The translations under genes were made by a program, and so were the position numbers. From a virus: DNA of 64,000 bases. The notes under the pieces were generated by a model. That model searched no databases, was not told the DNA's origin, and saw nothing but the letters and a program-made list of their open reading frames with translations. The number at the start of each line of letters is the position of its first letter. Within the stretch, counting starts at the first letter, position 1. Positions 39,601 through 50,300 of the stretch are shown here, one piece after another. The stretch covers positions 20,344 through 84,343 of the IMG/VR virus record IMGVR_UViG_3300022745_000022, one strand, 5' to 3'.

Positions 39601-42600
39601 TCTACAAGGCTGACAATGTCCTCGGTGACAACATCCTGCTCAACGCCAGTGACATCCTCGCCGGCGAGCGTGGTTGGCTTTTCAACAACATTAACGGCCT
39701 GGCGGTGGATACCTTCCAGGACTTCCTTCCGCACAAGGAGATCTACTTCAGTGCACTCGCCGACATCGCCAAGATCACCGGCCGCAGTACCGTGACCAAG
39801 CTGAGTAATGACGTCAAGAAAAGCGTGGTCAAAAGTCTGCAGTCCTTCGTGTACAGCGGTATGTCTTCCATGCGCCTCGGCGATCCCACTGCGGAACGTG
39901 CCCGCCTCCTCTATGACACCACTGAAGGACCGTCGCTCGCCAAGCGCGTTCTGGAAGCCAAGTACGACTGGGGAAAGAACAACTACTTCCTCTCCCGCCT
40001 GGTGACCGATATCAAGAATGCCAACGAGCCGGCCCAGGTATCCTTCCTGGCGGCTAAGGCATCGCGGGTCGATGACCAGGAAAACGTGAAGGGTTGGCTG
40101 GAACTCCTGACCAGCGAGAATCCAGTGGCCGTTCGGCTAGGTGAGGACCTGCTCAAATATGCCTATCTCACCGGTGGTGTGCAGGACGCTTCCAACTTCG
40201 TTAAGTACGCTCCCTTCGGCTACCTCATGGGCATCGGCTGGTTCCCCGAACTCCGGGAAGCCTACGACAACCTGCATAATATCCTCCAGGGTCCATTCAT
40301 CGAACAGTGGATCCGTCACAACCCGGAGAAGACCATCCAGTTCTCCAACAAGTTCAAGGAGAGTGGCAGGGAGATCGAAGGCATTCCTGAGCGCGTGGAG
40401 CTCCCGCTTCCCAGTACCGTGGAAGCCACACACCCGGTGATGAAGCTCATCCCTAAGGGAGAGAACGAGCTTCCCCCTTACCTGTCTTACCGTGCACCTG
40501 ACGGCCGGGTGATCCTGTACCAGCAGACCGCTGCCGGCGTCTTCACACGCATCGACACCCTCGGTGACAAGACCACTGATGAGTACAACCGTACGAACAC
40601 TCGTGCACGCTCCATCATCCCCAGTAACCGAGCACTCGCCGACTGGACTGTGGATAGGAAAGCCAGCGCACGGGAAGCTTCTCTGATTGACCTCATCATG
40701 GAGCACACACTCCCGAAGCACTTCGTGGAAGCAGGACTCTCCAAGGTCACCACCACAGGTGAGGAGCTGCAAAAGCAGGTCCTGCCCAACCTGGTCAACA
40801 ATGGGAAGATAGATCCTGCAGCTTCTGCCATCTTCAAAGAGGTCATACGCTCCAAGGCTCTGGACCTTCCCCCGGTGATATCCACCTCACACCTGACGGC
40901 TAGTATCCCTACATCCTACACTGGTGTGTACGTAGGCGACAAGTTCAACCTCATCGGCTTGAACCCTGCCAAGATCAATTCCCGCAGCTTCCTGTCTGAA
41001 GTGCTCGCACATGAACTCATGCACTGGATGACAACGAACGTGCTCAAGCGCACATCAGGTACCGAGAAGGTCAAGACCGCACGGGCCAACCTGCAACGCG
41101 CCTTCGAAGAAGCTGCAGCACTGCGTGATGAGTTCGGCTACCAGATGCAGGACATCGATGAGTTCGTAGTAGCAGCAACCACTGTCCCCGAATTCATGAA
41201 GGCACTAAACCAGATCCAGTCCAGTGAGAAGGTCTCCCTGCTCAGTAAAGTGCTGGAGTTCATCGCTAACATGTGGCATGCCGCAGCAGAGCTCATGGGT
41301 ATGAAGGTGAACCGTGATTCCTTACTCGACCTGGTGTTCACCAACGTGGCCCTGCTTCGCAACAACGATCGTGGCCTACGCGTCTTGACGCCAGTGGACT
41401 ACGAATACAATGGTCAGACGGTACGCATCGGGGTTGATACCAAGGGTAAGGCCCTCAAGGTCGATCATGGCTTCATGGAAGACGCCCCAGAGCCGCAGCG
41501 CCAGTATGAGATCTCCAGGATCCTCTCCGAGTACAATCGCTCAGGTGCGGACATCGCTGATTCCCTGTTCGATATGGGTGGTGGACGCATTGCCAACCAG
41601 TTCCAGCGAGAACAGCTCTCCAAGCTGCAGGACTTCATTCAAGATCCCACACCGGGAGTCTATATCCTGGAAGGCGGCAAGGGCATCGGTAAGACCACTA
41701 TGGTACAGCATCTACAACAGGTCAACCCCGACCTGAACTTCGCCTGGAACAACGAGAACATGAGTGGCTTCCATCCAGAGACCACTGACATCCTGGTACT
41801 GGACAACACAGTGACTGAGTCCATGCATCCCAAGACAATCATCATCCGGGATACCGATGAGGTCTCCGAGGAGCGTTTCCAGGAACCACCGAACGCACGC
41901 TTCTACGGTGGCGCTTCGACATTCGCGGATGCACGTTCCATCGGCCCGTGGACATACAGGACACCGGAGGAAGCTGCACAGGCTGCTCAAGAGGCCTGGG
42001 ATTCCCTGCGCCTACTCAGTGACCTCAAGGACAACAAGCTGCTGTTCTACGGAGAGTCCAATGCGCCGTTCGAACAACCGCAACCCATGAGCCCACTGAT
42101 CTCCAAGATGGTCAGCAAGCTGCAGGACCAACGGCACACTGTGCTCAATAGCTTGGATAGCCCGGAGGTCAAGAACGACAGAAAGAAGCGGGCTGCGAAG
42201 ATCGTGCAGCTCAAGAAGATAGACGATGACATCGACCTGATGAAGAAGCAGAACAACCTGCGCGCCATCTCGACAGTCGGTGAACGTCAGCTCAACTGGA
42301 TCGCGGACTCCCTGGAGAAAGGAACACTCTCCCCTGCAGAGATCACCACGGCCTGGAGGGTGACCGATACATGGCGTAACCTGCTGGAGTATCTCTATGG
42401 TGGCGATACCACACTAGCTATTGGCCAGGAGATAGATCCTGACCTGGCCAAGGTATCCTCCCGTGCAGTGACCATGCAGCAAACCATGCTCAAGAAGAAC
42501 CTGATACCAGCCATGATGGAGATCAGTGAAGGTAGGCTCAAGGCCATCGACTTCGGCTCTACACTCAAGGATATGGATATGGGTACACACTTGACCATGT

Positions 42601-45329
42601 CACTGAACCGTGCCGGTGCACAGCTCGGTCAGGAGGTGGACCTCCTGCTCAAGAACGCGGCCCGTCGCAAAGAGGATGAGATCAACCGGTTGATCAAGCG
42701 GCTCAACGCTTTGGACAAGCTCATGGGTAAGGATAAGCAGGCCATCATGAGTAAGATGCTCGCCAATGGCCATGACCTCTCTCTTATCCAGAACTACACC
42801 ACCAAGTGGTTCAAGGACAGGGCTGGACTCTGGATGGAACGCCAGGGTAAACTCAAGCGTATCGGTGAGCTCAAAGGTGACCCGCAATCCATCGCCAAGA
42901 ACATCAAACGCATCTGGGATAACTTCTGGGCCAAGGCAGACACCATCGGTGTGTACGCCAACGTCAATGAGCTGTTCGAAGAGAACGGTGACCTGAAGAC
43001 GGACATCTCTGCTGAGCGTAGCAGGCTTGCTGAAGCACTGGGCAGTGAAGAGCATGCGGATGCCATGATCAACGAAGCACAGAGTCTATACCACCAGTTC
43101 CTGGAGGATCGTGAAGCTTACTATGAGCAGATCGATTCTCGTAAGGATGAAGGTGTCATCACCGATATCGAAGCAGATGCCGAGAAGCTGGAGTATGATA
43201 AGGCGCATTCTCCACGCAGGTTCTTCGCTAAGGAGAACGGGTTCAGTACCGGTGATCGTTATGCGGTCATCAAACCCCGCGCATCCTCCACGCAGTACCA
43301 CGATAGCGTGTTCAAGGAGATCATGAATGACGCCCGCATGAAGCAGGTGTATACGGAGATCAGCTCCATCCTGCGGGAAATGAAAGGCTACCTGCCACAG
43401 TACATCAAGTCCAACCTCCATGAGAACTTTGTGCCAGTGGTCTATCGTAACCTGCTCACGGACATGAGCACCAAGGAATACCTGCAATCCATTGGTCGCC
43501 AGCAAGTGGACTCCCTCACCGCAACTGAATACGAGGAGGGTCGCCAGAAGGCCACTGACATCCCTATACGCTTCGTGAACTACGACGTCAAGAAGGATGC
43601 CGAGTATTCCCGCGACCTGATGCGCACCACGGAGCTCTTCGGAATGATGGCCCTGCATTACAAGCACATGTCCGCCATCAAGGATGCCACGGAGATCGGC
43701 ATCTCCATCACCAAGGAGATCGACCGGATGCGCCGTGACGGTACCGCGCCTGGTGCCGTACTCACCAACCTGGTGAAGAGCATGGAACATGCCCGCGACC
43801 ACATCATGTACAAGAACGCGCGTATGCTCGAGGGCGGACTGGGAGTGAAGCTCTACAGTCCCAATCCCATTACCAACTACCGCAAGAGCAAGGAGGTTGA
43901 TAAGCTCAGGGCCAAGCGCGCAGACCTGGAGAAGGAATACCTTGATCCGCCACCGGACCGTACGCTGATGGATATCCGCAAGGACATCGACGCTGTGGAC
44001 GTGGAGCTGAGCAAGTTTGAAGGCCAGCAACTATACCTGTCCAAGATAGGCGACAAGCTCATCGGCATCAACCAGTTGAAGGCCCTCGGCTTCAACCCGC
44101 TGTCCGGCTTCGCCAACCTTTCCTTCGGCATCGCTTCACTGACCACTTATGCCAACGGTCGTCAGGACTTCACGATGAAGGAAGCTATGCGCGCCATGAA
44201 CATCATGAACAGTGCGCTGGGCAAGTGGTTCACCTTCGGTAATGTGAACTCCGAGACTGCGCAGAAGATCTATGCTCTCATGGAGAACACAGGTATGATG
44301 AGTGAGATCGTGGACACGCAGTATGGGGATTCGAACCTGCACAGCAGTAAGAAGAAGTGGAAGCGCGTGATCGATCCGTACGCATTGCTCCGTTCCTCTG
44401 ACTACTACATGAAGGGCGCCATCCTAGTGGCCACCATGCTCCATCACCAGGTGGATGTGTCCGAAGGGGGTGTATCCAAGAGGGTCTCCTTGTGGGACGC
44501 CTATGACCATGAAGGCAACTGGAAGTTCGATGAGCAGAAAGGCTGGACGGAAGAGCGCCCCGAGGAACGCTCCGAATGGGAGAAGTTCCGCAACCGCTCG
44601 CTTCGCGTAAGTCAGATCATCATGGGTAACATGGATAGGAACTCCCCGAAGTTCATGAACAAGTACATCCTGGGTAGACTCATTGGTCAGTTCCGCGCTT
44701 CTTGGCTTCCGGAAGGTTGGGCCGCACGCTTCGAGGATGAGAAGAACGACGTACAGCTTGGGCGTACCATCAAGGGTAGGTACCGCACGTACGCGGATAT
44801 CGGACTGGGAGGTTCAGTGACCATCATGCTTCGTCAGCTACTGGGTTCCATTAGCAAACAGGATCCCTTCACCGACGTACGCCTCAAAGGTGGTACGCGT
44901 GCAGGTGAACTGGTAGGAGATTCTCCAGTGGACATGGAGAACATGCGTAGGAACTTCACCGGTCTCATGTGGACGTTGTCCATGATGGCCGCAGTGCTCA
45001 TGCTGAAAGCAGCCATGCCCGACGATGATGACGATTACGGTAAGGAAAGTCTCATGCTCGTGTTAAACATGATGAACCGCCTGAACCAGGACTTGCAGTT
45101 CTACGGTTCTCCGGATGTGGCCAACAACCTGATCCGTAACGCTGTGCCAGCTTTCGATGTGGTCAACGATTACCTACGTGCAGTGTCCGCCACCAAGAAA
45201 GCACTGCTCATGGATGACTACGATTGGGACCAGGCTGCGTTGAAATGGACCAAGGCCACCCCGTACCTGAACAACATCAACAAATTCAAGTACTGGAGCA
45301 CGCACGACATCAGCACCATTAGCAGATAA
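33672..45329 (+). CDS. Virion-packaged DNA-dependent RNA polymerase polyprotein (two-barrel, crAss-like vRNAP)
   Basis: 3885 aa. Catalytic MGSDFDVDKL at 38592-38621, GIRIPTS at about 38478-38498, EYQKRL and TDAQEY beta-like motifs, and a zincin motif HELMH at 41010-41024. Confidence 0.93.
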   Translation: MSLANCLEKVDKKIASPLLEKWQKLVDDNMEEVKANRQILREYGEELNSRLNEVRSRANLKYANPTYTSQSAASINKSYDAKLRKLSPTMVTVEGEQLMTYEPVEEHSSEGKIDLHFAPDDMFSGVNTTDGVYDTLGEPNENQVIMQEIAGQPEKKMNFSNRMPAEQVTKNIQEFYEMAKEQPNKEFLVPYTAEFPNRAGMTGYSPRELANLFGAFPIPTNVIFQRQFRGLIENDPGRFIGNEIQLVDQGTREPLKVDQVALDKARRQMFIEIRDADGNKTGKFFSSQQQLEATDAVIAEVAKRVIRTEGRPDASQIFEDIRKQFIMLLDRAYTPMAAGTRVFSGDLDVFPHITQEMAKAYKLNMEQVLNSFEDVKREAVRRMSVQGIKVRTFDDSGTPEELFSLEEGKGLENFDDVHFALDPKATASTKMKLFMSTVENTEEGMKKRPRPISIPLKDEYRKQIVDGTRDRTVRTPEQIRELRLNVGEEYQDSSVFKIGDQIYVARAVKRLTAQEATEYNESPLREDYQAKEGDTMVTIKPYVEEHGLRSVPSFIGTSTLANFDSLYEDVTGLLAGNKPSFTNYMAILENSTKPAVRKLAEKLQDGSTPTQLRKEFVSVMTKAYTQYAMLQFSIQKDGAESFIYNANLYSIRNTIIKGWQEAQKASPIVTKDGAGNLLLNKEVLAELRNDYTTVRDLHTRITNGDVAASKAFKLASENLAKKMLTLNGVVLSDAAFEDMFKGIERYTMGTDFTGSWFRQWAMTKQGQPNGIFSAFMERLLGMDTDTVTNAIEQNNPLYMEPKTMKIIAKVATKYQEVLYNSSHKNVNGDNIWDYTLNTYLSDRHADLIGDDPTYRNKLKDTYLAQNNWLLKILEEKPAMRDNMELYYLEAMKKQYGTASAERSDMSDRDQLFMALHLMMNRGAAQMHMVALTHSDKTRTPVYMRMPRTQVATAEQISMELVDRLRSVVYGEFDRIAGHKDVKFRQQQYEKGKGMFYFLPEFNYENMQQLMKEGVITEAEFGNIWITKDQLNVPAKTTSDAKAVVDKLLYRFIQNETAVTRAKLVDAGLASPKEGTHKFNTDYLSKIMGAQTSSRIIKDRENTTYTIHGKSVLQDGRPVTAEMFLNHALDFVAMDYAMNSFLINTAMSTLIMGDPAQVFKTDLETTLKEYQKRLAGPIAPGKVAEWAKPTYKAIVLDDIKLGLQYTGLNAYFKGVNITDAQEYVTVQEHLDTLHTYGQITDQMYKEMVAVISPAGDYKFTGAQMKILMSITKPVYYGSQNVENKALLHDYIKSSALPLYPGFTQGNSKLDLLRRQMELSGISRAHFLSAQKEGAPVPADVFGDESLLNDGPWDVNKTPGVITLSRENWRIQQDVPHDPDKNKIKVFSQFNKLFVADLPAGISVETMDGRTLTRDQIREEKEKLRVNLLTKNLNEFMEDVGVEQTEDGFVLRNKAKLVKRMQEMARDKGYSANELLPITTMEEGMPMAPLFFTSLAQPMHNIMMSMVDKVNEVKVMGKSYVQASSAGIEQFSTSIPEGVRWVKGRTKGELQFMKKNADGSVAAAEVLIPFHFFNNGQKMSLDAFLDENGEVDTDKLPANLLEMIGIRIPTSKHNSALPIRIAGFLPENMGDTIIVPPGITTQMGSDFDVDKLYVYRRPYSMQEGKLSSTTDDEAQYFDLQWKVMTSPDMYDTVLSPLDKEDLKDEAKLASKKAEEGNFFGGVRQLSDFISQKDAKSLIGFSALTNTLLASIQHLNIRYGHVELGEDENGKKTRELVNDYITTFANLELGKLSGYGKSSYKGENRTKMDNIGIMMSEFLDHSKNRTIDKINLTMHTYAAASALMSLEDGMENALPLTYASRLLQQPIIREFNSRMSRGADMLEGYTPGLKENVFDNLFKSLVKKGANMEEAEKMSFTDTQLQYLLDHPRTDASYYTMQYALLSAFQKLDEIGQRMSEISSLVNQDVKGTGGDLFTAMDKLYKADNVLGDNILLNASDILAGERGWLFNNINGLAVDTFQDFLPHKEIYFSALADIAKITGRSTVTKLSNDVKKSVVKSLQSFVYSGMSSMRLGDPTAERARLLYDTTEGPSLAKRVLEAKYDWGKNNYFLSRLVTDIKNANEPAQVSFLAAKASRVDDQENVKGWLELLTSENPVAVRLGEDLLKYAYLTGGVQDASNFVKYAPFGYLMGIGWFPELREAYDNLHNILQGPFIEQWIRHNPEKTIQFSNKFKESGREIEGIPERVELPLPSTVEATHPVMKLIPKGENELPPYLSYRAPDGRVILYQQTAAGVFTRIDTLGDKTTDEYNRTNTRARSIIPSNRALADWTVDRKASAREASLIDLIMEHTLPKHFVEAGLSKVTTTGEELQKQVLPNLVNNGKIDPAASAIFKEVIRSKALDLPPVISTSHLTASIPTSYTGVYVGDKFNLIGLNPAKINSRSFLSEVLAHELMHWMTTNVLKRTSGTEKVKTARANLQRAFEEAAALRDEFGYQMQDIDEFVVAATTVPEFMKALNQIQSSEKVSLLSKVLEFIANMWHAAAELMGMKVNRDSLLDLVFTNVALLRNNDRGLRVLTPVDYEYNGQTVRIGVDTKGKALKVDHGFMEDAPEPQRQYEISRILSEYNRSGADIADSLFDMGGGRIANQFQREQLSKLQDFIQDPTPGVYILEGGKGIGKTTMVQHLQQVNPDLNFAWNNENMSGFHPETTDILVLDNTVTESMHPKTIIIRDTDEVSEERFQEPPNARFYGGASTFADARSIGPWTYRTPEEAAQAAQEAWDSLRLLSDLKDNKLLFYGESNAPFEQPQPMSPLISKMVSKLQDQRHTVLNSLDSPEVKNDRKKRAAKIVQLKKIDDDIDLMKKQNNLRAISTVGERQLNWIADSLEKGTLSPAEITTAWRVTDTWRNLLEYLYGGDTTLAIGQEIDPDLAKVSSRAVTMQQTMLKKNLIPAMMEISEGRLKAIDFGSTLKDMDMGTHLTMSLNRAGAQLGQEVDLLLKNAARRKEDEINRLIKRLNALDKLMGKDKQAIMSKMLANGHDLSLIQNYTTKWFKDRAGLWMERQGKLKRIGELKGDPQSIAKNIKRIWDNFWAKADTIGVYANVNELFEENGDLKTDISAERSRLAEALGSEEHADAMINEAQSLYHQFLEDREAYYEQIDSRKDEGVITDIEADAEKLEYDKAHSPRRFFAKENGFSTGDRYAVIKPRASSTQYHDSVFKEIMNDARMKQVYTEISSILREMKGYLPQYIKSNLHENFVPVVYRNLLTDMSTKEYLQSIGRQQVDSLTATEYEEGRQKATDIPIRFVNYDVKKDAEYSRDLMRTTELFGMMALHYKHMSAIKDATEIGISITKEIDRMRRDGTAPGAVLTNLVKSMEHARDHIMYKNARMLEGGLGVKLYSPNPITNYRKSKEVDKLRAKRADLEKEYLDPPPDRTLMDIRKDIDAVDVELSKFEGQQLYLSKIGDKLIGINQLKALGFNPLSGFANLSFGIASLTTYANGRQDFTMKEAMRAMNIMNSALGKWFTFGNVNSETAQKIYALMENTGMMSEIVDTQYGDSNLHSSKKKWKRVIDPYALLRSSDYYMKGAILVATMLHHQVDVSEGGVSKRVSLWDAYDHEGNWKFDEQKGWTEERPEERSEWEKFRNRSLRVSQIIMGNMDRNSPKFMNKYILGRLIGQFRASWLPEGWAARFEDEKNDVQLGRTIKGRYRTYADIGLGGSVTIMLRQLLGSISKQDPFTDVRLKGGTRAGELVGDSPVDMENMRRNFTGLMWTLSMMAAVLMLKAAMPDDDDDYGKESLMLVLNMMNRLNQDLQFYGSPDVANNLIRNAVPAFDVVNDYLRAVSATKKALLMDDYDWDQAALKWTKATPYLNNINKFKYWSTHDISTISR

Positions 45330-45387
45330 ACTATATAGTAAGTCGCATAATTTTCAACAGTATCTCAAAACTCATAACTTTAGCACC

Positions 45388-46128
45388 ATGTCACTGATAC
45401 CTAAGATCACAGTCTCCAACCAGGACAAGGATTTATATGCCAGTGTCATGGTTCAGGATGCCACTGGCGCTTACAACTCCACCACCAATCCTGGTGGGTA
45501 TGGAGCTCCCAACCCCGGAACAGGCGCTGTACAGCGCACCCTGCTGCGAGAAGAGTACCTTGGGGATGCAACCCCCAAGGACTGGGAGGCAGTAACCAAT
45601 CTGGCCACACTCGGTGGAGCTTTCCAATGGGTACACGGCTTCCGTGAAGGCGTTACCCGTATCGGCTACCTGGTCGTGGTCTCCGGTGGCAGCGGCCTCA
45701 GTATCCTGATGGGGAACTACAACTTCACGCTCCCGGCCGCAGATACCTTGCTGGTCGGTGCCACGCATGTGGAGATCGCCGGTGTCCTCTATGAGATCGA
45801 CAAGGGTAAGCCACTGACCTCCTCTGGTGGGTACTTCAGCACGCCTAGTGCGACGGACCAGTTGAATGTGGCCTACAACGTCGGGTACAGTGGTTACGTG
45901 TACACCCTGTGGAACTTCCAGGGTGAGGCCGCCCTGATGAAGGATATCGCCAGCTCAGCCTGTACTTCACTGGAGTGTGGCAAGGAGCAGTTCGACTCCC
46001 TCATGGCGCGCTACCGGTTCTACCTGGGTGCACAGTACAACTTCAACCTGGCCATCTATTCCAAAGCCCATAACCAGGCCATAGCACTGAGTCCCAGCTT
46101 CACCACTTCAAAGTGTGCATCATGCTGA
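45388..46128 (+). CDS. Conserved structural protein (tail hub / fibre-attachment candidate)
   Basis: N-terminal QDATGAYNSTTNPGGYGAPNP motif, Cys-containing C-terminus. First gene after the vRNAP. Confidence 0.5.
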   Translation: MSLIPKITVSNQDKDLYASVMVQDATGAYNSTTNPGGYGAPNPGTGAVQRTLLREEYLGDATPKDWEAVTNLATLGGAFQWVHGFREGVTRIGYLVVVSGGSGLSILMGNYNFTLPAADTLLVGATHVEIAGVLYEIDKGKPLTSSGGYFSTPSATDQLNVAYNVGYSGYVYTLWNFQGEAALMKDIASSACTSLECGKEQFDSLMARYRFYLGAQYNFNLAIYSKAHNQAIALSPSFTTSKCASC

Positions 46129-46721
46129 CCCTGGAATACAACGCAAGGCTGGCAAAGGCGGAGAGCAACTTCCAGGCGCGAGCCTACGAAGACCTCATCC
46201 GGCAGATCTATACCATGGAGACCTGTAATTGCGGGAATCTGGAGTTGCTCTGGATGGCTGCACTGAAGTATTATATCCCCGGCTCAGCTTCAAATATCAT
46301 TACGGAAGCCGAGCTTCAATGCCTATTCTGCAGGATGGGGGCGGGTATGGAGAATATCGTCATTCCCGAAGCCCCGCCCGTGGTAGTTACAACCTTCCAC
46401 GCAGACTGGGCTTGGGTTTCAGTGGATCCCTATGCGGCACTCTTCGGTGGGGTGGACGTGCTCACGTATCAGGGTGGCGGAGACTTCGTCTCTGGCAACC
46501 CGATCGTGGCTGACTTCCGGCCCTCAGGCATTAACCAATACCTGGTCGTGCGTTACGACCCGGCACAGTCCGATAAGACGACCTGGTACAATGACCAGTT
46601 CAACTATGGCACATTGCCCGACTCGAACTTCCGGTCCGTGTTCGCCGCCAGTGGGTATAAGTATATCGTGTCCCGCCTGGCCCTGAGCCTTAACCCAGGA
46701 GAATTCACAAGGTTCTCTTAA
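46122..46721 (+). CDS. Hypothetical structural protein
   Basis: Overlaps the previous stop. Helical N-half with CNCG, beta-rich C-half. ATG 46122 is preferred over GTG 46113. Confidence 0.5.
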   Translation: MLTLEYNARLAKAESNFQARAYEDLIRQIYTMETCNCGNLELLWMAALKYYIPGSASNIITEAELQCLFCRMGAGMENIVIPEAPPVVVTTFHADWAWVSVDPYAALFGGVDVLTYQGGGDFVSGNPIVADFRPSGINQYLVVRYDPAQSDKTTWYNDQFNYGTLPDSNFRSVFAASGYKYIVSRLALSLNPGEFTRFS

Positions 46722-46732
46722 ACTCATACGAC

Positions 46733-47374
46733 ATGTCATTCAATGCCACACAGCACATAGTCTTCAACAAGCCGGTGGGTATCGCGCAAGCGTTGCCCAC
46801 TGACGCGCGTTCGTACTTCTATGATGCAGTGAACTTCACCTACCGTCCTTACCAGAACACCGCTGAGGTGCTCGCGTACCTCGACCAAGCCAAGTATCGC
46901 AAGGGCCAGTTCCCCATCATCATCAACACGGGGGGTACACTCTCCGGGGGCCTGATCACCGGGGGCGTGAACGAAGAATGGTGGTTCAAGGATGGTGCCA
47001 GTGATGCTGACCTCGTGCAGAAGTCAGGTTCGACACTGGCCGGACCTCCCGGTCCAACGGGCCCTGCAGGCGCCACTGGCCCCCAAGGACCTGTCGGTCC
47101 GCAAGGCCCGAACGGCTCACAAGGTCCCATTGGTCCCAGAGGTCTAACAGGACCTGCCGGTCCTGCTGGTATCGGTGTTCCCGCTGGCGGTGCCACACGC
47201 ACCTTCCTGGGGAAAGTGGACGCTGCGGATTATAACGCCAACTGGTTCGTCATCAGGGAACTGCCCGTCGGTGGCGCACCAATGGATATCCTGGCCATCA
47301 ACATGCTGGGAGACCCTGAATGGCAACCGCTGAATGACCTGCTCGCCAGTAGGGTATTGACCGGAACTCTTTAA
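46733..47374 (+). CDS. Short collagen-like (Gly-X-Y) fibre protein
   Basis: About 14 Gly-X-Y triplets at about 47040-47170, followed by [24 protein letters not shown], a common phage fibre linker. Confidence 0.8.
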   Translation: MSFNATQHIVFNKPVGIAQALPTDARSYFYDAVNFTYRPYQNTAEVLAYLDQAKYRKGQFPIIINTGGTLSGGLITGGVNEEWWFKDGASDADLVQKSGSTLAGPPGPTGPAGATGPQGPVGPQGPNGSQGPIGPRGLTGPAGPAGIGVPAGGATRTFLGKVDAADYNANWFVIRELPVGGAPMDILAINMLGDPEWQPLNDLLASRVLTGTL

Positions 47375-47387
47375 CAACAGAAATACC

Positions 47388-50300
47388 ATGAAGAAACTAC
47401 TCACAGTTCTCATCGCAGCGTCACTGGCCTTCGTGGTCAATGCGCAGACCTACCTGAACGGCTCCGGTCTTCCATCTTCGTACACAGGGTTCATGTCCCA
47501 GGGACTCACCAAGAGTACCACCACCTGGGTGGACGGTGTAGCCAACTCCGTGGAGACGATCGGTAATGGAGAAGCTACTTCCTTCGCTGCAGACAATCGG
47601 CAGGACTATGCCACCTATGGCCTGGTTACCACGCGCTCCAATACCGCGATGTCCGCTCCCTTTGCCATTGCCCAAGGAAATGTCGGTGGTTCCTCCACCA
47701 CACTGCAGGCTGTGGAGAACGGTGTGGACGTGGGTACCCAGGTGAACGTCTCCTATGTTATGAGTCGCATCGCATACACCAGCGGTCAGATCCTGTATCA
47801 ATACTCGAGTGATAGTACCAACTGGACCACCTTCTACACATCCACCGTATCACCCACTGGCTCCTACTATGTGGCCGTGCAGATCTACGGTGGCCCGCAC
47901 ACGGTGCGCAAGTGGTTCAAGACCGGCTCTGCCACAGCGAGCCCGGTGAATACGGTGACCACTCCGGTGACCGTCAACACGCCAGCTACCACCACGACCC
48001 TGACTGGCTCTGTAACCACCTCCAGTGGCACCATCACCGGCGTACTGTGGACCCAGCTCTCCGGCCCCAGCTCAGCCTCCATCACCGCACCGACCTCCAA
48101 CTCCACGGGGGTCAGTGGTCTTGTAGTAGGGGCCTACGTGTTCACCTACACCTCTACCAACAGTCTCGGGAACTCCACTGCATCAAATGTGACAGTGAGT
48201 GTAGTCCAGGTCAGCACGACGCCCACTGCCTCCACGCAAGGCTCCATCACCGTGGTCACCCCAACGACACTGGCCTCGCTTAACGGCTACGCCAGCACAC
48301 CATCCGGTACCATCAGCTCCCGCGCCTGGACCATGGTGAGCGGCCCTAATAGTCCGACTATCGCCAATGCCGCCGTGGATACCACGCTCGTCAGTGGCCT
48401 TGTGGTGGGTACCTATGTGTTCCGCTATACAGTGACCAACAGCTTCGGCGTGTCGGTCTTCTCAGACTTGACCATCAACGTGATCAATGCAGGAGCATCG
48501 ACTGCCTTTTCCTTCACTAACATCGCATCGACCACTGACCTCCCGGACTACGGTCGTGGCCTTGAACAGTGGACCAATGACCAGTGGGCAGTTCCCTTCC
48601 CAACCAACGGTAGTCCGCAGACGGGAAACTGTTATGACAACTACTACAGGTTCAAGTGGTGGGAGATCCAGAACGATGACTCCTCATTCACCTGGACCTT
48701 CTTTGACTCCAAGATCAACGCTGCCATCTCGGCCAACCGCAAGTTCAACCTGGCGGTGATGCCCATGGCAGAAAGTGATCCCAAGGCCAGTGCTGGCGGA
48801 CACCCGATGTCCTACCCGCTGTTCATGCACACCCTGATGCAGGCTGAGGGTACCCCGGACTGGTACTCCACCAGTCTCGGTCAGTGGGTCATCAACTGGA
48901 ACTCTCCGCAGTACCTGAGGGCCTGGGGTAAACTCCAGCGCATGATCCGTGATCATATCAATGCCGGCTCCTTCAATGGGGTGCCATACAAGAATGTGAT
49001 CGGCATCGTGGATATCCGCGGCTTTGGTAACTATGGGGAATGGCACACCTACCCCTGGACAGGTGAGATCACCTCGCCGTACCAGCCCACCTTCGCTACC
49101 ATCAAGTCCATCATCGACTCCAACCTGACCTACTTCCCGAACTACCTGGCGGTCATCCAGCATGAGGCGTTCGGTGGTACCAATGACGGTAACGCACAGC
49201 CCAACCTGCAGGGTCAATACTACGCACTCACAGCCACCAACAACAAAGGCCAGATCGGCTGGCGTCGTGACAGTTGGGGTTGGGCCGGTACCTGGTTCCC
49301 AGGCTTCCTGGAAAGCAACCCCACATCCTACGCAGGTAATGCATTCTCCCCGCTCATCATGAACAAGTGGAAGCTTGCTCCTGTGACCGGCGAACCCATG
49401 CAGTGCTGCACGCAGGACTACGGATTCACAGGTAACTATTACGGAGACCTTCCAAGACAAGCCGCCCTCTATCACCTGAGTAAGCTGGGTAATGGCAACT
49501 TGGAAGCCATAGGTACCTCCGCCACTAATGGTAACATGCAGACCACGGGTCATGCAATAGGCCACCGACTCATCTTGACCGGCGGTAATGCCTCCGCGCT
49601 CACTCCTGGTTCTTCCTTCACAGTGAATCTGGACTGGCAGAACGTAGGATCCACTCCTGCGTACTACGATTGGTTCGTGACTTACGAGCTCCGCTCCAGC
49701 ACGGGTACAGCGGTTTGGACTGGCACCAGTGCCTTCCGTCCCCGTCTGTTCCTGCCGGCCTCCACCTCCACGCGTGCCACGGACAACTTCACGCTGACCA
49801 ACACGGTACCCACGGGCTCCTATGGCCTGTACGTGAAGATCATCGACAGCCTTGCCTACATGGCGCCGATGAAGCTTGGCATCAACGGCCGTACGACCGA
49901 TGGTGCTTACCTACTGCAGAACGTGACAGTGGGCTCAGCTTCGGCTACCATCAGTGCAGGATCACCGCAGACTATCCAGGCACCTGCTTCCAGTGTAACA
50001 CTCTCCGCAACACAGACCGGCGGCCTCACAACTCCTACTTGGACACAGATCAGTGGTCCCACCACGGCTACCTTCAGTGCTGCTACGAGCATGACCACCA
50101 CGGCCTCCGGCCTGGTACCCGGCACTTATGTATTCAGCGTGACCATGTATTCCGGTGCCACGCCATACACTTCTATGGTGACCGTGACCGTGGTACAGGT
50201 ACATGTGAACACAGCACCAACGGTGAATGCCGGCTTTGACCAGAGCCTGCTTTACCCTGCACAGACCTCCACCACCCTGAATGCCACAGGTACCGATGCT

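Noticed and set aside
41673-41696. Calling the vRNAP P-loop a functional helicase
   Set aside because: Only Walker A and a possible Walker B are visible, and the remaining SF1 motifs are absent. Kept only as a remnant.
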